Assembly (NCBI GenBank): GCA_031367385.1
Contig: JANLPS010000208.1
Coordinates: forward strand, 2,721 to 66,720
Direction of reading: 5' to 3'
Origin: Archangium sp.
Lineage (GTDB): Bacteria > Myxococcota > Myxococcia > Myxococcales > Myxococcaceae
DNA: 64,000 bases
In this document: piece after piece, positions 1 to 12,251 of the stretch
Position numbering within the stretch: the stretch's first letter is position 1
Layout of the letters: every line of letters begins with the position of its first letter
Notes under the pieces: model-generated
What the model saw: only the letters and a program-made list of their open reading frames with translations
Told to the model about the DNA's origin: nothing
Databases searched by the model: none
Position numbers and translations under genes: made by a program

Positions 1-101
1 TCTCGGAGTCGGTGCATGGCCTCAATGACCCCACCCTCAACTCCCTGCTCGCACCCGCCCGGCGCAGCGCGATGAACGTGCTCGCCGCCTGCCCGCAGTA
101 G

Positions 102-296
102 CGGTGCAGCAATTGCCCGATCGACCTGGTGCTGATGGCCTGTCAGATGCCCGAGGTCGATGGCCTCGAGGCCACCCGCCGCCTGCGAGACCGCGAACGC
201 TGCATCGCCGCGGGCATGGACGACTTCTTGGCCAAGCCGGTGCGCCCCGACGAGCTCGACGCCACCTGGGCCACGAGCACCCGACAAGCGGCGTGA
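102..296 (+). pseudogene. Degenerate remnant of a response-regulator receiver (REC) domain
   Basis: The frame ending at TGA 294-296 reads [47 protein letters not shown]. This resembles the REC signature LMDxxMPxMDG...AGMDDYLxKP. However, the phospho-acceptor position is Ala, the segment between the two motifs is missing, an in-frame TAG lies at 99-101, and there is no plausible start. The tracked ORF 104-304 is in a different frame. Confidence 0.4.
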
Positions 297-300
297 GGCT

Positions 301-1641
301 TTAGGGCGTCGCGCGCGCGGTGTTGCGGCCCGGCGTACCGAGGCTCGCCGAGTTCAGGTAATTCAGCGCAACCTTGAGCTGGTAGTCGGTGAGCTTGTCG
401 GTGACCTCCCAGCTCTTCAAGTTCTCGGGCAAGTTCACTTTGACCTGGGCGAAATCGGTGATCTCTCCGTCGCCGCGAAAGTGCCGCTTCAGGTCTTTCT
501 CGCGCACCTGATCAGTCTTCTGCGCCACCTTGTCGTCTTCGCTCTCGCCCACCACGAAGTCGGGCAGAATGCCCTTCTCCTGAATGCTCCGGCCGCTCGG
601 CGTGTAGTAGCGCGCGATGGTCAGCTTGAGGCCAGACCCATCTTCCATCTCGATGATGGTCTGCACGCTGCCCTTGCCGAAGGTGGGCACGCCAATCACC
701 ACCGCGCGACGGTGGTCTTGCAGCGCCCCGGCGACGATCTCGGAGGCAGAGGCGCTGCCGGCGTTGACCAGCACCACCACCGGGTACGGCTTCTCGGTGT
801 CTCGGTCTTTCGATTTTTCTTCGGTGACCTGCGTGCCGTTGCGGCCGCGGGTGGTGACGATGGTCAAGTTGCCGGCGAGAAACCGGTCTGAAATCGCCAC
901 CGCCTGGTCGAGCAACCCGCCCGGGTTGTTGCGTAAATCGAGCACCAGGCCGCGCAGCTCGCGACCCCCGTTGAGCCCGCGAAGGCGCTCGAGCTCCTTG
1001 AACAGCGAAGCGTCGGTGCGCTCGTGAAAGCTCTTCACCTTGATGTGCGCGATGCCGCCGAAAATCGCGCCCTCGACCGACGAGATGCGAATGTGATCTC
1101 GAATCACCGCGAAGTCGCGGGGCGCGGTGAACCCTTCGCGCATGATGGTGAGCATCACCTTCTTGCCCGCCGGCCCGTGCATCTTCTGCTTGGCGCGCGT
1201 CAAATCCATGTTCCGCGTGGGCTCGTCGTCGATCTTCATCAGCAAGTCGCCGGTCTTGATGCCCGCGCGCTGCGAAGGCGTGTCGTCGACCGCGGCCACC
1301 ACCACGATGCTGTCGTTGCGCTTGGTGATCTCAAGGCCGATGCCACCGAACTCGCCGGCGGTGTCGATCTTCATTTCTTTGAACATGTCGGGCGGCATGA
1401 ACACGGTGTGCGGGTCGAGCGTGTCGAGCATGCCTTTGATCGCCCCGTGCACGAGCTGCTGCTCATCGACCGGCTCGACGTAGTTGTTCTGCACGTACGA
1501 GAGCACCCGCGCGAACAGCTCGAGCTGCTTGTAGGTGTTCTCGCTGCGGCTGGGCTGCGGCAAGGGCGTCGGAGGCGGTGCTGCCAGGCTCACAGACACC
1601 CAGCTCGCGGCCAGCACCAGCACCGCATGAAAACGTCGCAT
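301..1641 (-). CDS. ctpA: S41 family C-terminal processing (tail-specific) peptidase with PDZ domain, secreted
   Basis: Lies within ORF 301-1668. A signal-peptide-like MRRFHAVLVLAASWVSVSLA begins at the internal Met (1641). PDZ-like stretch GGIGLEI...DDTPSQRAGIKTGDLLMKID. S41 motifs LDLRNNPGGLL, GSASASEIVAGALQD and TFGKGSVQ. Confidence 0.9.
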   Translation of the reverse strand: MRRFHAVLVLAASWVSVSLAAPPPTPLPQPSRSENTYKQLELFARVLSYVQNNYVEPVDEQQLVHGAIKGMLDTLDPHTVFMPPDMFKEMKIDTAGEFGGIGLEITKRNDSIVVVAAVDDTPSQRAGIKTGDLLMKIDDEPTRNMDLTRAKQKMHGPAGKKVMLTIMREGFTAPRDFAVIRDHIRISSVEGAIFGGIAHIKVKSFHERTDASLFKELERLRGLNGGRELRGLVLDLRNNPGGLLDQAVAISDRFLAGNLTIVTTRGRNGTQVTEEKSKDRDTEKPYPVVVLVNAGSASASEIVAGALQDHRRAVVIGVPTFGKGSVQTIIEMEDGSGLKLTIARYYTPSGRSIQEKGILPDFVVGESEDDKVAQKTDQVREKDLKRHFRGDGEITDFAQVKVNLPENLKSWEVTDKLTDYQLKVALNYLNSASLGTPGRNTARATP

Positions 1642-1676
1642 CGGGCGAGCATACCAACGGCACTTCACCCACTACG

Positions 1677-2135
1677 ATGAAAGACGATGTGTGCCCAAGT
1701 ACGCCCGGCCGTTCTACGGTGCGTGGCGTGAGTCACGAGAGACTGCTGCGAGCGCTGCCACCTGGAGGTCACATCTGGCTGCGCGCTGGAGGTCGCAGCC
1801 TCTGGCCCCTGGTGCTCGACGCTGATCAGCTGCTCGTCGAGCGGGGCACCGACCTGCGCCCCGGAGACATCGCCATCGTCGGGTGGCCTGATCAGCCGCT
1901 GGTCGCGCACTTCGTTCGAAGCACCGAGCCGCTGATCACCGTGTCGATTGTCGGTGTCGAAGACCCTCCCGAGGCCGAGGCCCTGGGCCGGGTCATCGCG
2001 ATCAAGCGAGGCGCCCGCAGGCTCGATTTACCGCGCTCGAGCGCGATGCTGTTTGCGTGGTTGCCGCGGTCGGCGAGGTGGCTCAAGTACCTACCGGGCG
2101 CACGGTCGCTGGTTCGGCGGCTGCGCGATTTTTGA
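1677..2135 (+). CDS. Hypothetical protein with weak S24/S26 (LexA / signal-peptidase-like) resemblance
   Basis: ATG at 1677 inside ORF 1578-2135, with GC3-rich codons. Pattern GRSLWPLVLDADQLLVE...LRPGDIAIV...GRVIAIKRG. The 3' end overlaps the convergent hydrolase gene by about 50 nt, so the call is uncertain. Confidence 0.35.
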   Translation: MKDDVCPSTPGRSTVRGVSHERLLRALPPGGHIWLRAGGRSLWPLVLDADQLLVERGTDLRPGDIAIVGWPDQPLVAHFVRSTEPLITVSIVGVEDPPEAEALGRVIAIKRGARRLDLPRSSAMLFAWLPRSARWLKYLPGARSLVRRLRDF

Positions 2136-2991
2136 ACAGCCCCTGGCTCTGGGCGAAGGCGATGATGCGTTTGACGAACTCGCGGGGGTGCTCCATCTGC
2201 GGCATGTGGCCGAACGCGCGCACCTCGTGCACCTCGGCGCTCTTGGGCAGGTGGGCTCGGTAGTAATCGATGCTCTCGTAGGGCAGCAGCTTCTCTTGCT
2301 GGCCCCAGATCAGCAGCGTGGGCATCTTGAGCGCCGCCAGCATCACCTCGCTGACCAGGTCTTCTTCTTTGACCTCGCCGCGAATGCTCTTCACCGCCGG
2401 TGAGCTGACCATGTGACGCAGCTCTCCCGCGAACACCAACAGGCCCAGTGACGGCTTGGCGAACAGCTTGCGCGCGAGGCCCCGGGCTTCTTTGTGGGTG
2501 GTGACATCGAAGCTCTTCATCGTCGTCGCGAGCCGGCCCGGAGCGACCTTCGCACCCGCCGGGCTGATCAGCGCCAGGGCCTCGAGCGCCTCTGGCTCTT
2601 CGTAGGCGTAGTAAAACGCCATCGCGCCGCCGAGCGAGTTGCCGATGAGAAACACCTTCTCGCCGATGATCTGCCGACGAAACTCACGCAGCACCTCGAT
2701 GTACTTGCGCAGTGGCAGCGGCCCGCTCGAGGGCAGGGGCGAGAACCCATTGCCCGGCAGATCAATCGCGTACACCGCGCGAAATTGCTTCGCCAGCGGC
2801 ACCACGGTTCGAAAGAACGCGTTCGCCGAGCTGCCCAGCCCGTGCACCAGAAACAGCGGAGGCCCTTTTCCAGTGCCTTCGGCCTTGTAGTAGTGCACGT
2901 CGTGCCCGAGAACTTGCGCGACCTGACTGCTGACTCCGCGCGCGACGAGCATTCGCCGCACCGCCATGTTGCCCAAATCAAAGAGATTCAT
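2083..2991 (-). CDS. Alpha/beta-fold hydrolase
   Basis: HG motif FLVHGLGSS, nucleophile elbow GNSLGG, and a C-terminal His region FGHMPQMEHP. Confidence 0.85.
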   Translation of the reverse strand: MNLFDLGNMAVRRMLVARGVSSQVAQVLGHDVHYYKAEGTGKGPPLFLVHGLGSSANAFFRTVVPLAKQFRAVYAIDLPGNGFSPLPSSGPLPLRKYIEVLREFRRQIIGEKVFLIGNSLGGAMAFYYAYEEPEALEALALISPAGAKVAPGRLATTMKSFDVTTHKEARGLARKLFAKPSLGLLVFAGELRHMVSSPAVKSIRGEVKEEDLVSEVMLAALKMPTLLIWGQQEKLLPYESIDYYRAHLPKSAEVHEVRAFGHMPQMEHPREFVKRIIAFAQSQGLFKNRAAAEPATVRPVGT

Positions 2992-3030
2992 CGGGCTCGA
3001 CCATCGCGCGGCCGCGCCCAGAAAGAAACC

Positions 3031-3090
3031 CTCTCATGGTGAGCCCGTCGAACCACGAACCACGAACCACGAACCACGAACCACGAACCA
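3031..3090. repeat. Intergenic element: conserved flank CTCTCATGGTGAGCCCGT followed by six tandem CGAACCA heptamers
   Basis: Read directly. The flank is at 3031-3048 and six perfect 7-nt units are at 3049-3090, in the 100-bp gap between the M23 peptidase stop and the hydrolase start. An inverted copy lies at 40561-40621. Confidence 0.9.
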
Positions 3091-3091
3091 C

Positions 3092-4201
3092 TCACTCCTC
3101 CACAGGAGCGAGCCATGGTTGCGGGTCAACCGCCTGACCTTGTTTGCGAATTTCAAAATAGAGATACGGGCCTTTGAGGCTGCCGGTGTCTCCCACCTGG
3201 CCCAGCGCTTCGCCCTCTTCGACCTCGTTGCCGACCTCGACCTCTGCGTTGGCCAGGTGCGCGTAGAGCGAGTGGTAGTTGCTGCCGTGGTCGATGATGA
3301 CGAGGTTGCCGTAGCCCTTGAGCCACCCGGCGAACACCACCGTGCCAGCGCTCACCGCGTTGACCTTGGTGCCGAGCGACGCGCGAATGTCGATGCCCTT
3401 CTGCACCGTCACCGTGTTGAAGCGCGGGTTGACGACCTTGCCGTACCCGACCTCGACCAACCCCGCGGTGGGAAATTGCATCTTGCCTTTGCGCGCGCGA
3501 AAGCCGGTGACCGCGCTGTTGCTGGCCAGGTCGGTGACCAGCGCGGCGAGCTCGCGTTCGCTGGCCTCGAGCTCGGCGATGACCCGGCTGCGTGAGTTCT
3601 GCTCGGCTTGAACGGTCAGCAGCAGCTCGTTGAACCTCGCGAGCCGAGCGCGCCCCACTGCCTGCTCGGCTCGCAACGCCTTGAGATACTGCTGCGCGCT
3701 GCTCTCGAGGCGCTCGGAGCGTCGTACCGCCAACCGCTGTGAGCGGCTGAGCAGAGCGAGATCATCGAGCGCGTCGACGTCGCGTTGCACCAGCGTCTTC
3801 ATCGCTCGCTGCCGCTTGATCAGCGTGGCGAAGTCTGACGCCGAGAGCAGAAACCCCAAGGCGTCTTTTTTCTGCAGCCGGTAGAGCGTGGCCAATCGCG
3901 GCCCGAGCTTGCGTTGTTGCTCCCGCAGCGCCACCTGCATCGTCGCCTCGTCGGCTCGCGCGTCTTTGAGCTGCTTGTCGATGCGCGCCAGGCTCCGCTC
4001 GATGGTGAGCGCACGGGTGGTCGACTCACGGGCCAACCGCTCGAGCGTATCGAGCAGGGTCAGCAGGCTCTTTCGCTCGGTGCCGAGGCTGTCGAACGCG
4101 GCCTTCTCTGCGTCGAGCCGTTCTTGAACATCGGCGCGCTCATCGGCCACGTCTGACGGGCCGGCCGCGAGCACCGTCATCAACGCGAGCGCGAGGCTCA
4201 T
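3092..4201 (-). CDS. Coiled-coil M23 (LytM) peptidase, EnvC-like murein hydrolase activator
   Basis: N-terminal signal peptide, a long coiled-coil region, and a C-terminal M23 signature GNLVIIDHGSNYHSLYAHL...GQVGDTGSLKGPYLYFEIR. The start overlaps the ftsX stop by 4 nt. Confidence 0.9.
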   Translation of the reverse strand: MSLALALMTVLAAGPSDVADERADVQERLDAEKAAFDSLGTERKSLLTLLDTLERLARESTTRALTIERSLARIDKQLKDARADEATMQVALREQQRKLGPRLATLYRLQKKDALGFLLSASDFATLIKRQRAMKTLVQRDVDALDDLALLSRSQRLAVRRSERLESSAQQYLKALRAEQAVGRARLARFNELLLTVQAEQNSRSRVIAELEASERELAALVTDLASNSAVTGFRARKGKMQFPTAGLVEVGYGKVVNPRFNTVTVQKGIDIRASLGTKVNAVSAGTVVFAGWLKGYGNLVIIDHGSNYHSLYAHLANAEVEVGNEVEEGEALGQVGDTGSLKGPYLYFEIRKQGQAVDPQPWLAPVEE

Positions 4202-5097
4202 ACCCGCAAGAACCTGCGCACCGCGACGAAGCTGCCGAGCAGGCCCAGCGCGAGCCCCAGACCCAGCTGCTCCGCGCCCAGGTGCGCCCAGTCGACCGCG
4301 AAGTGCCCGTTGAGCCGCAAGAAGGCGATGGCCGTGCCTGAATCAGACTCGAGGTATCGCACCAGCCCGTACACCGAGGCGATGGCGAAGCCTGCCGCGA
4401 GCACCCCTTGCAGCACGCCTTCGATGAGAAACGGCATGCGCACGAAGCGGTCGGTGCCGCCGACCAGCTTTTGAATCTCGATTTCTTCACGGCGCGAGAA
4501 AATCGCCAGCTGCAGCGTGGCCGAGACGATGATCACCGCCGTCATGAAGACCAACGCGAACACCAACAGGCCGACCCACCGCAGGGCCTTGGCGATCATC
4601 GAGAGTCGCTCGAGCGCCTCTTCGCCGTAGTCGACGCCGGTCACGAACGCGACGCCACGGGTCTGGGTCGCCAGCGCCTTGAGCAGCACCGGGTCACGGC
4701 CCTCGGGTGGCAGTTTGAGCTCGAGGCTCGAGGGCAGCGGGTTGTCATTGAGCTCGGTCAGCGCGCGCCCGTCATCACCCAGTTGCTGCGAAAGCCGCCC
4801 CAGCGCCTGCGCCGGCGTCACCACGGTGGCTACCCCATGCGTTCGGCTCTCGAGCGCGGCGCGGAGCACTTCGACCTGATCAGCCGCCGCATCGTCGGCC
4901 AGGTACACCGTGAACTCGACGTCGGAGCCCAGCGAGCGAATCAGGGCTTCGAGCTGATCAGACGCCAACCGCGCCACGCCATAACCGACCAGCGCCAGGG
5001 CCAGGCTCGCGATCGCGATGATGTGCACGAAAGGCGAGCGCCACATGCTGCCCAGCGCGGTGCGAATGAAGTAGCTGGTATTCGAGACGACGCTCAT
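4198..5097 (-). CDS. ftsX: Cell division permease FtsX
   Basis: Four-TM FtsX topology with a large periplasmic loop. 4-nt overlaps with ftsE upstream and the M23 peptidase downstream. Motif EIEIQKLVGGTDRFVRMPFLIEG. Confidence 0.9.
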   Translation of the reverse strand: MSVVSNTSYFIRTALGSMWRSPFVHIIAIASLALALVGYGVARLASDQLEALIRSLGSDVEFTVYLADDAAADQVEVLRAALESRTHGVATVVTPAQALGRLSQQLGDDGRALTELNDNPLPSSLELKLPPEGRDPVLLKALATQTRGVAFVTGVDYGEEALERLSMIAKALRWVGLLVFALVFMTAVIIVSATLQLAIFSRREEIEIQKLVGGTDRFVRMPFLIEGVLQGVLAAGFAIASVYGLVRYLESDSGTAIAFLRLNGHFAVDWAHLGAEQLGLGLALGLLGSFVAVRRFLRV

Positions 5098-5792
5098 GAC
5101 TCGAGCGCCATCAACAAGGCTGCCTTCGCACCCTTCTCATCGGCGACCACGGTGCCCTTCTCGAGCCGTAGGGTGCGCTTCTGATACCGACCGATCAAGC
5201 TCGAGTCGTGGGTCGCGACCACCACCGTCGTGCCGCGCGCGTTCACGTCGTTGAGCAAGTCCATCATCTCGACGGTCAAGGCGGGGTCTAGGTTGCCGGT
5301 AGGCTCATCGGCCAACAGAATCGCCGGGTCGTTCACCAACGCGCGACACAGCGAGACGCGCTGCTGCTCACCACCCGAGAGCTTGAGGGGCGAGACGTCG
5401 GCTTTGTGCTCGAGCCCCACCCGCCGCAGCATCTTCAGGCTGCGCTCACGCACCTCGTCACGGTCGGTGCCAATCACGTCGAGGGTGAAGCCCACGTTCT
5501 CGGCCACGGTGCGGTTTGGCAGCAGCTTGAAGTCTTGAAACACGACGCCGATGTTGCGGCGAAGGTACGGCACGCCCGATTCGCGAAGCCGCGCGATGTT
5601 GCGCCCTGCGATGAGAATCTGCCCGCGGGTCGGCCGCTCGGCCAAGAACATCAGCTTGAGCAACGTCGACTTGCCCGCGCCCGACGGCCCGGTGAGAAAG
5701 ACGAACTCGGCCTTGCCGATGTCGAGGTTGATGTCGACCAAGGTGGGCGGGTCGCCCGGGTACGACTTGGTGACGTGAAACATCTGAATCAT
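5094..5792 (-). CDS. ftsE: Cell division ABC ATPase FtsE
   Basis: Walker A GPSGAGKST, ABC signature LSGGEQQRV, Walker B ILLADEPTGNLD. Canonical FtsE N-terminus MIQMFHVTKSY. Confidence 0.95.
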   Translation of the reverse strand: MIQMFHVTKSYPGDPPTLVDINLDIGKAEFVFLTGPSGAGKSTLLKLMFLAERPTRGQILIAGRNIARLRESGVPYLRRNIGVVFQDFKLLPNRTVAENVGFTLDVIGTDRDEVRERSLKMLRRVGLEHKADVSPLKLSGGEQQRVSLCRALVNDPAILLADEPTGNLDPALTVEMMDLLNDVNARGTTVVVATHDSSLIGRYQKRTLRLEKGTVVADEKGAKAALLMALES

Positions 5793-5821
5793 GCGCGGCG
5801 CAGCGTACCATCGCGCGCCCC

Positions 5822-6415
5822 TCAGCGTGCTTCAGGAGGCGCCAACAAGAGCGGTGTTCTCTTCTTCACGCGGTTGAACCGCCAGGCATGCAACATCGCC
5901 AGCACGCCGCAGGCCGGGTGAATCAGCCCGAAGAACGGGCCGAGCAAGAAGCGCGGCAGCACCAGGGCCAGCGCCACGTAGATCGCCACGCCGATGGCCG
6001 TCTCGAGCCACGGCCCGGCGTACAACCAGCCAAAGGGCCCGAACAAGAGCCCCATGCCCGCCGAGAGCAGCACCGATTTTCGGTTCGGGTCTTGCGAAAG
6101 TTGCACGCTGAAGCCGGTGCCTGGCACCGAGAGGTTGACCGTCGACGTCGGCGCGCTTTCTTCGATTTTGGTGAGCGTTCTCACTGGCTGCACCGGCGCG
6201 ACCACCGCGGCCTTGGTGCCATGGGCGACCCAGCACACCTCGCCGCCTTGAGCCACGTCGACGTCAACGCTGCCGACCCGCAGCAGCGCCCGCATCGCGT
6301 GCTCGACGTCAGACTTCGGCAGGCCCAGGTGTTTCTGAAGCTGCTCGGTCGTGACGGGAGTCGACGACCGCGCCCACAGCACCCTCAACGCGGCTTCGAG
6401 CTCTTGTTCGTGCAC
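5822..6415 (-). CDS. Hypothetical membrane protein (N-terminal winged-helix-like region, C-terminal TM helices)
   Basis: GC3-rich ORF. The N-terminus reads TTEQLQKHLGLPKSDVEHAMRALLRVGSV. The C-terminal hydrophobic segments are LLSAGMGLLFGPFGWLY and AIGVAIYVALALVLPRFLLGPFFGLI. Confidence 0.6.
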   Translation of the reverse strand: MHEQELEAALRVLWARSSTPVTTEQLQKHLGLPKSDVEHAMRALLRVGSVDVDVAQGGEVCWVAHGTKAAVVAPVQPVRTLTKIEESAPTSTVNLSVPGTGFSVQLSQDPNRKSVLLSAGMGLLFGPFGWLYAGPWLETAIGVAIYVALALVLPRFLLGPFFGLIHPACGVLAMLHAWRFNRVKKRTPLLLAPPEAR

Positions 6416-6440
6416 GCGGTCGGGGGCCCGTCAGGTTGCG

Positions 6441-6740
6441 TTAGAAGGTGAACCGCAGAACGTCCATACCGTAGCGCAGCAAACCGAATGGCACCGACAT
6501 CGGCAAGGCGTTGAGCACCACAAACGTGCCGGCGTGAACGAAAAGCGCCGAATAGGCCGCCTTGAAGTGACTCACGAGCCAGGTGGTCAGCGCGGCCAGA
6601 CCTCCGAACCAGACCCAAAACCCGACCACCGCGAGGGTCGAAGGGCCGGTCGAGAACAGGGCTTTGGTCGACATCAGCAGGCCAGCGACGGCCCAAAGGG
6701 TCAGAATCAGGCCGTGAGTTGCATTCTTGAGAGCAGGCAT
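6441..6740 (-). CDS. Small hydrophobic membrane protein (hypothetical)
   Basis: Lies within ORF 6441-6773. An internal Met at 6740 is followed by three hydrophobic helices. No family recognised. Confidence 0.5.
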   Translation of the reverse strand: MPALKNATHGLILTLWAVAGLLMSTKALFSTGPSTLAVVGFWVWFGGLAALTTWLVSHFKAAYSALFVHAGTFVVLNALPMSVPFGLLRYGMDVLRFTF

Positions 6741-6801
6741 CGGAGGGAACCTTTCGAAATGGGGTCCCTCCAAACGCCGACCCCGGCCAGAAGATCTGAC
6801 C

Positions 6802-9652
<2,851 letters not shown>

Positions 9653-9654
<2 letters not shown>

Positions 9655-10102
9655 GGGCTCGCTTCCTACTCCACCGCGCGTGGTGCACGGGCACTGTTTC
9701 GCATTCGCCAGGCCGACGCCCTGGTGGAATGAAGTGGCCTACGCGCCCCGGTCGCTCGCCGGCGCAGACTCGCGCGCCCAGGTCGAGGAGATCATCAAGA
9801 GCAAGCACGGGTGCATCGCCCACGTCGAGTGGGCAACCGTCACCCTTCGGGTCGAGGCGGTCTGCAGCCGAACCGAAGCGCTCCACTACGTCGCGCACTT
9901 GGGCCGCATCGCGACCATCGAGCTCAAGCAACGCAACAAAGATGGTGATTTGTACTTGGTGGCGCCCACCCACCAGAACGATGAATCACCTCCGTTCTCT
10001 TGGCAGCCGCGAAACCTGGCAGAGGGCCAGCGCTTGGTTGATGCGCTCAACGCACTGCGTTCGCCAGGGGCCGGGGCCAAACCCGCGGGCTCCGACATCT
10101 GA
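9653..10102 (+). CDS. Hypothetical protein
   Basis: This is the 3' part of ORF 9356-10102, lying outside the M16 gene. Codons are GC3-rich through VEEIIKSKHGCIAHVEWATVTLRVEAV...LYLVAPTHQND. The start is uncertain (ATG 9653 or a downstream GTG). Confidence 0.4.
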
Positions 10103-10106
10103 ACGC

Positions 10107-10307
10107 CTAGAGCGTCGACGCGCCGAGGCGTTTCAAGATTCGCTGCAGCTGAGGCTGGGTCAGGTTGGTCTGCTCGACCACCCGCCCCCACAGCTCGATG
10201 ACCGGCACGCTGCGGCCCCCGCGCTCGCGCTGTAGCTGCTGCAGTGCCATCAGCACCACCCGCTCGTCGGGCGTCAGGCCGTCGCGCACATCGGGCAGCT
10301 GCTTCAC
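10107..10307 (-). CDS. Small winged-helix-like protein, translationally coupled to dcd
   Basis: The GTG start overlaps the dcd TGA (GTGA). The 66-aa product is [62 protein letters not shown]. The rest of tracked ORF 10107-10523 overlaps dcd and is rejected. Confidence 0.5.
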   Translation of the reverse strand: MKQLPDVRDGLTPDERVVLMALQQLQRERGGRSVPVIELWGRVVEQTNLTQPQLQRILKRLGASTL

Positions 10308-10870
10308 GCCTTGGGCAGGGTCACGCCCAGCTGGCCCTGGTACTTGCCCCCGCGATCTCGGTAGCTGGTCTCGCAGACCTCGTCTGACTGAAAGAACAGC
10401 ATCTGCGCAACGCCTTCGTTGGCGTAGATGCGGGCGGGCAGCGGCGTGGTGTTCGAGAACTCGAGCGTCACGTGGCCCTCCCACTCGGGCTCGAGCGGCG
10501 TCACGTTCACGATGATGCCGCACCGCGCGTAGGTCGACTTGCCGAGGCAGATGACCAGGGTGTCGCGGGGCACGCGAAAGTATTCAATCGTGCGTGCGAG
10601 CGCGAAGGAGTTGGGAGGAATGATGCACTCGGGCCCTTTGACGTCAACGAAGCTGCGCGGGTCGAACGACTTCGGGTCGACGATGGTCGAGTTGATGTTG
10701 GTGAAGATCTTGAAGTCGTCGGCGCAGCGAACGTCGTAGCCGTAGCTCGAGGTGCCGAACGAGACCGCCTTGCGGCCCTGGTACTCGCGCACCATCTGCG
10801 GCTCGAAGGGCTCGATCATCTTGTGCTCGATGGCCATGCGGCGAATCCACTTGTCGGGCTTGATGCTCAT
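10304..10870 (-). CDS. dcd: dCTP deaminase
   Basis: From the internal Met the product reads [13 protein letters not shown]...[16 protein letters not shown]...[15 protein letters not shown]...[36 protein letters not shown], a full-length match to the Dcd family pattern. The upstream part of ORF 10304-11032 is discarded. Confidence 0.95.
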   Translation of the reverse strand: MSIKPDKWIRRMAIEHKMIEPFEPQMVREYQGRKAVSFGTSSYGYDVRCADDFKIFTNINSTIVDPKSFDPRSFVDVKGPECIIPPNSFALARTIEYFRVPRDTLVICLGKSTYARCGIIVNVTPLEPEWEGHVTLEFSNTTPLPARIYANEGVAQMLFFQSDEVCETSYRDRGGKYQGQLGVTLPKA

Positions 10871-10972
10871 GATGGGGCTCCTTCGAAGGCGGCGGCTTTG
10901 AAAATTGCGAGCGCACCATGCCTCAAGTCGCCGGGCGAAATCACGCCTCATGGTGTTAATGAACCGCCAGCC

Positions 10973-11995
10973 GTGAACGCCATACCCGCCGAGCCCGTCG
11001 ATGAGTCGTTTCTCGAGACCCTGGGCGTGCACCGGCTCGAGGTGCCCCTGCCCTTCATCGAGGCAGGCGGCCCGGCCAACGTCTACGTCATCGAGAATGA
11101 CGATTCGACGTGGTCGCTCTTCGACTGCGGGTTCTCGAGCCCCGACGCCCTCTCAGCGCTCTACGCCCAGGCCTCGGAGCGCCGCATCGACCTGCAGCGA
11201 GTCTCGCGAATCATCATCAGCCACGGGCACCCCGACCACTACGGCAACGCTCAGCTCTTCGCCGAGCAGACCGGCGCACCGGTCTTCATTCACCCTGCCG
11301 ATCTCGAGAAGATCTGCGGTGAAGGCCGCTGGTGGGCCCTGCTCGAGCAGCACCGCGACTACTATTTCAAGCTCGGCGTGCCCGAGGCGTTGATCCAATC
11401 GATGATCGACCGCAACCGCGACTCGGCGGTGGGCACCCGGCAGGTCGAGCGCTCTCGGGTGAGGCTCATTCAGGGTGGCGAGCGGCTGCACTTCAAGCGC
11501 TTCGACGCCGAGGTGTTGCACATGCCCGGGCACACGCCGGGGCTGATTTGCCTCTACGCCCCAGCCCAGCGAATGCTCTTCGCCGACGACCACGTGCTGG
11601 CGCGCATCTCGCCCAACCCGCTGCTCGACCTCTCGCAGGGTGAAGGCGAGACCAAGTTTCTCGCGCTGGTGCGCTACCTCGAGGGTGCCAAGGCGGTGCA
11701 GGCGCTCGAGCTCGACTGTGTGCTGCCCGGCCACGGCCCGGCCTTTCGAAATCACCGAGAGCTGCTCGAGGGTCTCTTCGCGATGTACGAGCGGCGCCAG
11801 GAGAAGCTGCTCACGGCCCTTCGAGTGAAACCTACCTCTGCCTACAAGCTGATCGACTCGATGTTTGCTCGGCGAAATGATCGCCGGCTGCACCTGATGC
11901 TGTCTGAAGTCTTAGGCAACCTCGAAGTGCTGGAGCTCGCGGGCCGCGTCAGCCGGGCCGACACGGGCGGTGTCTTCGAGTTTCGGCCGCGCTGA
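10973..11995 (+). CDS. MBL-fold metallo-hydrolase
   Basis: Motif [14 protein letters not shown] (HxHxDH), and a later HMPGHTPG. Start taken as GTG 10973, because the upstream part of ORF 10472-11995 overlaps dcd antisense. Confidence 0.85.
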   Translation: MNAIPAEPVDESFLETLGVHRLEVPLPFIEAGGPANVYVIENDDSTWSLFDCGFSSPDALSALYAQASERRIDLQRVSRIIISHGHPDHYGNAQLFAEQTGAPVFIHPADLEKICGEGRWWALLEQHRDYYFKLGVPEALIQSMIDRNRDSAVGTRQVERSRVRLIQGGERLHFKRFDAEVLHMPGHTPGLICLYAPAQRMLFADDHVLARISPNPLLDLSQGEGETKFLALVRYLEGAKAVQALELDCVLPGHGPAFRNHRELLEGLFAMYERRQEKLLTALRVKPTSAYKLIDSMFARRNDRRLHLMLSEVLGNLEVLELAGRVSRADTGGVFEFRPR

Positions 11996-12251
11996 GCGGG
12001 CGCTTCTGCCACAGCAACGGAATCGGGCGCTCGGCGACAGTGTGGGCAAGGTCAGTTCGGCGCAGCGCGTGACGTACATTTTCTCCCAACCAGACGAACC
12101 GTTCGGCCAACCCCACGGTGACGTGTTTTTCGTCGGTAATTCTTTGGTGTTAGCGCGTCGTGAATGGCCCGGTGGGCACTCCTGACCTGGCTCACCGTCA
12201 GAACCCGCTGATCGACCGCGTCTTGGCCCGGCAGTTGCTGAAGGCAGACAC

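Noticed and set aside
160-891. 243-aa plus-strand ORF, and similar ORFs at 617-1027 and 1024-1680
   Set aside because: All are antisense or off-frame relative to the S41 peptidase gene and have Arg/Ala/Gly/His-rich composition.
3049-3090. Possible CRISPR array or telomere-like repeat
   Set aside because: The units are 7 nt, contiguous and spacer-less. No cas genes are present. It is a microsatellite-type tandem repeat.
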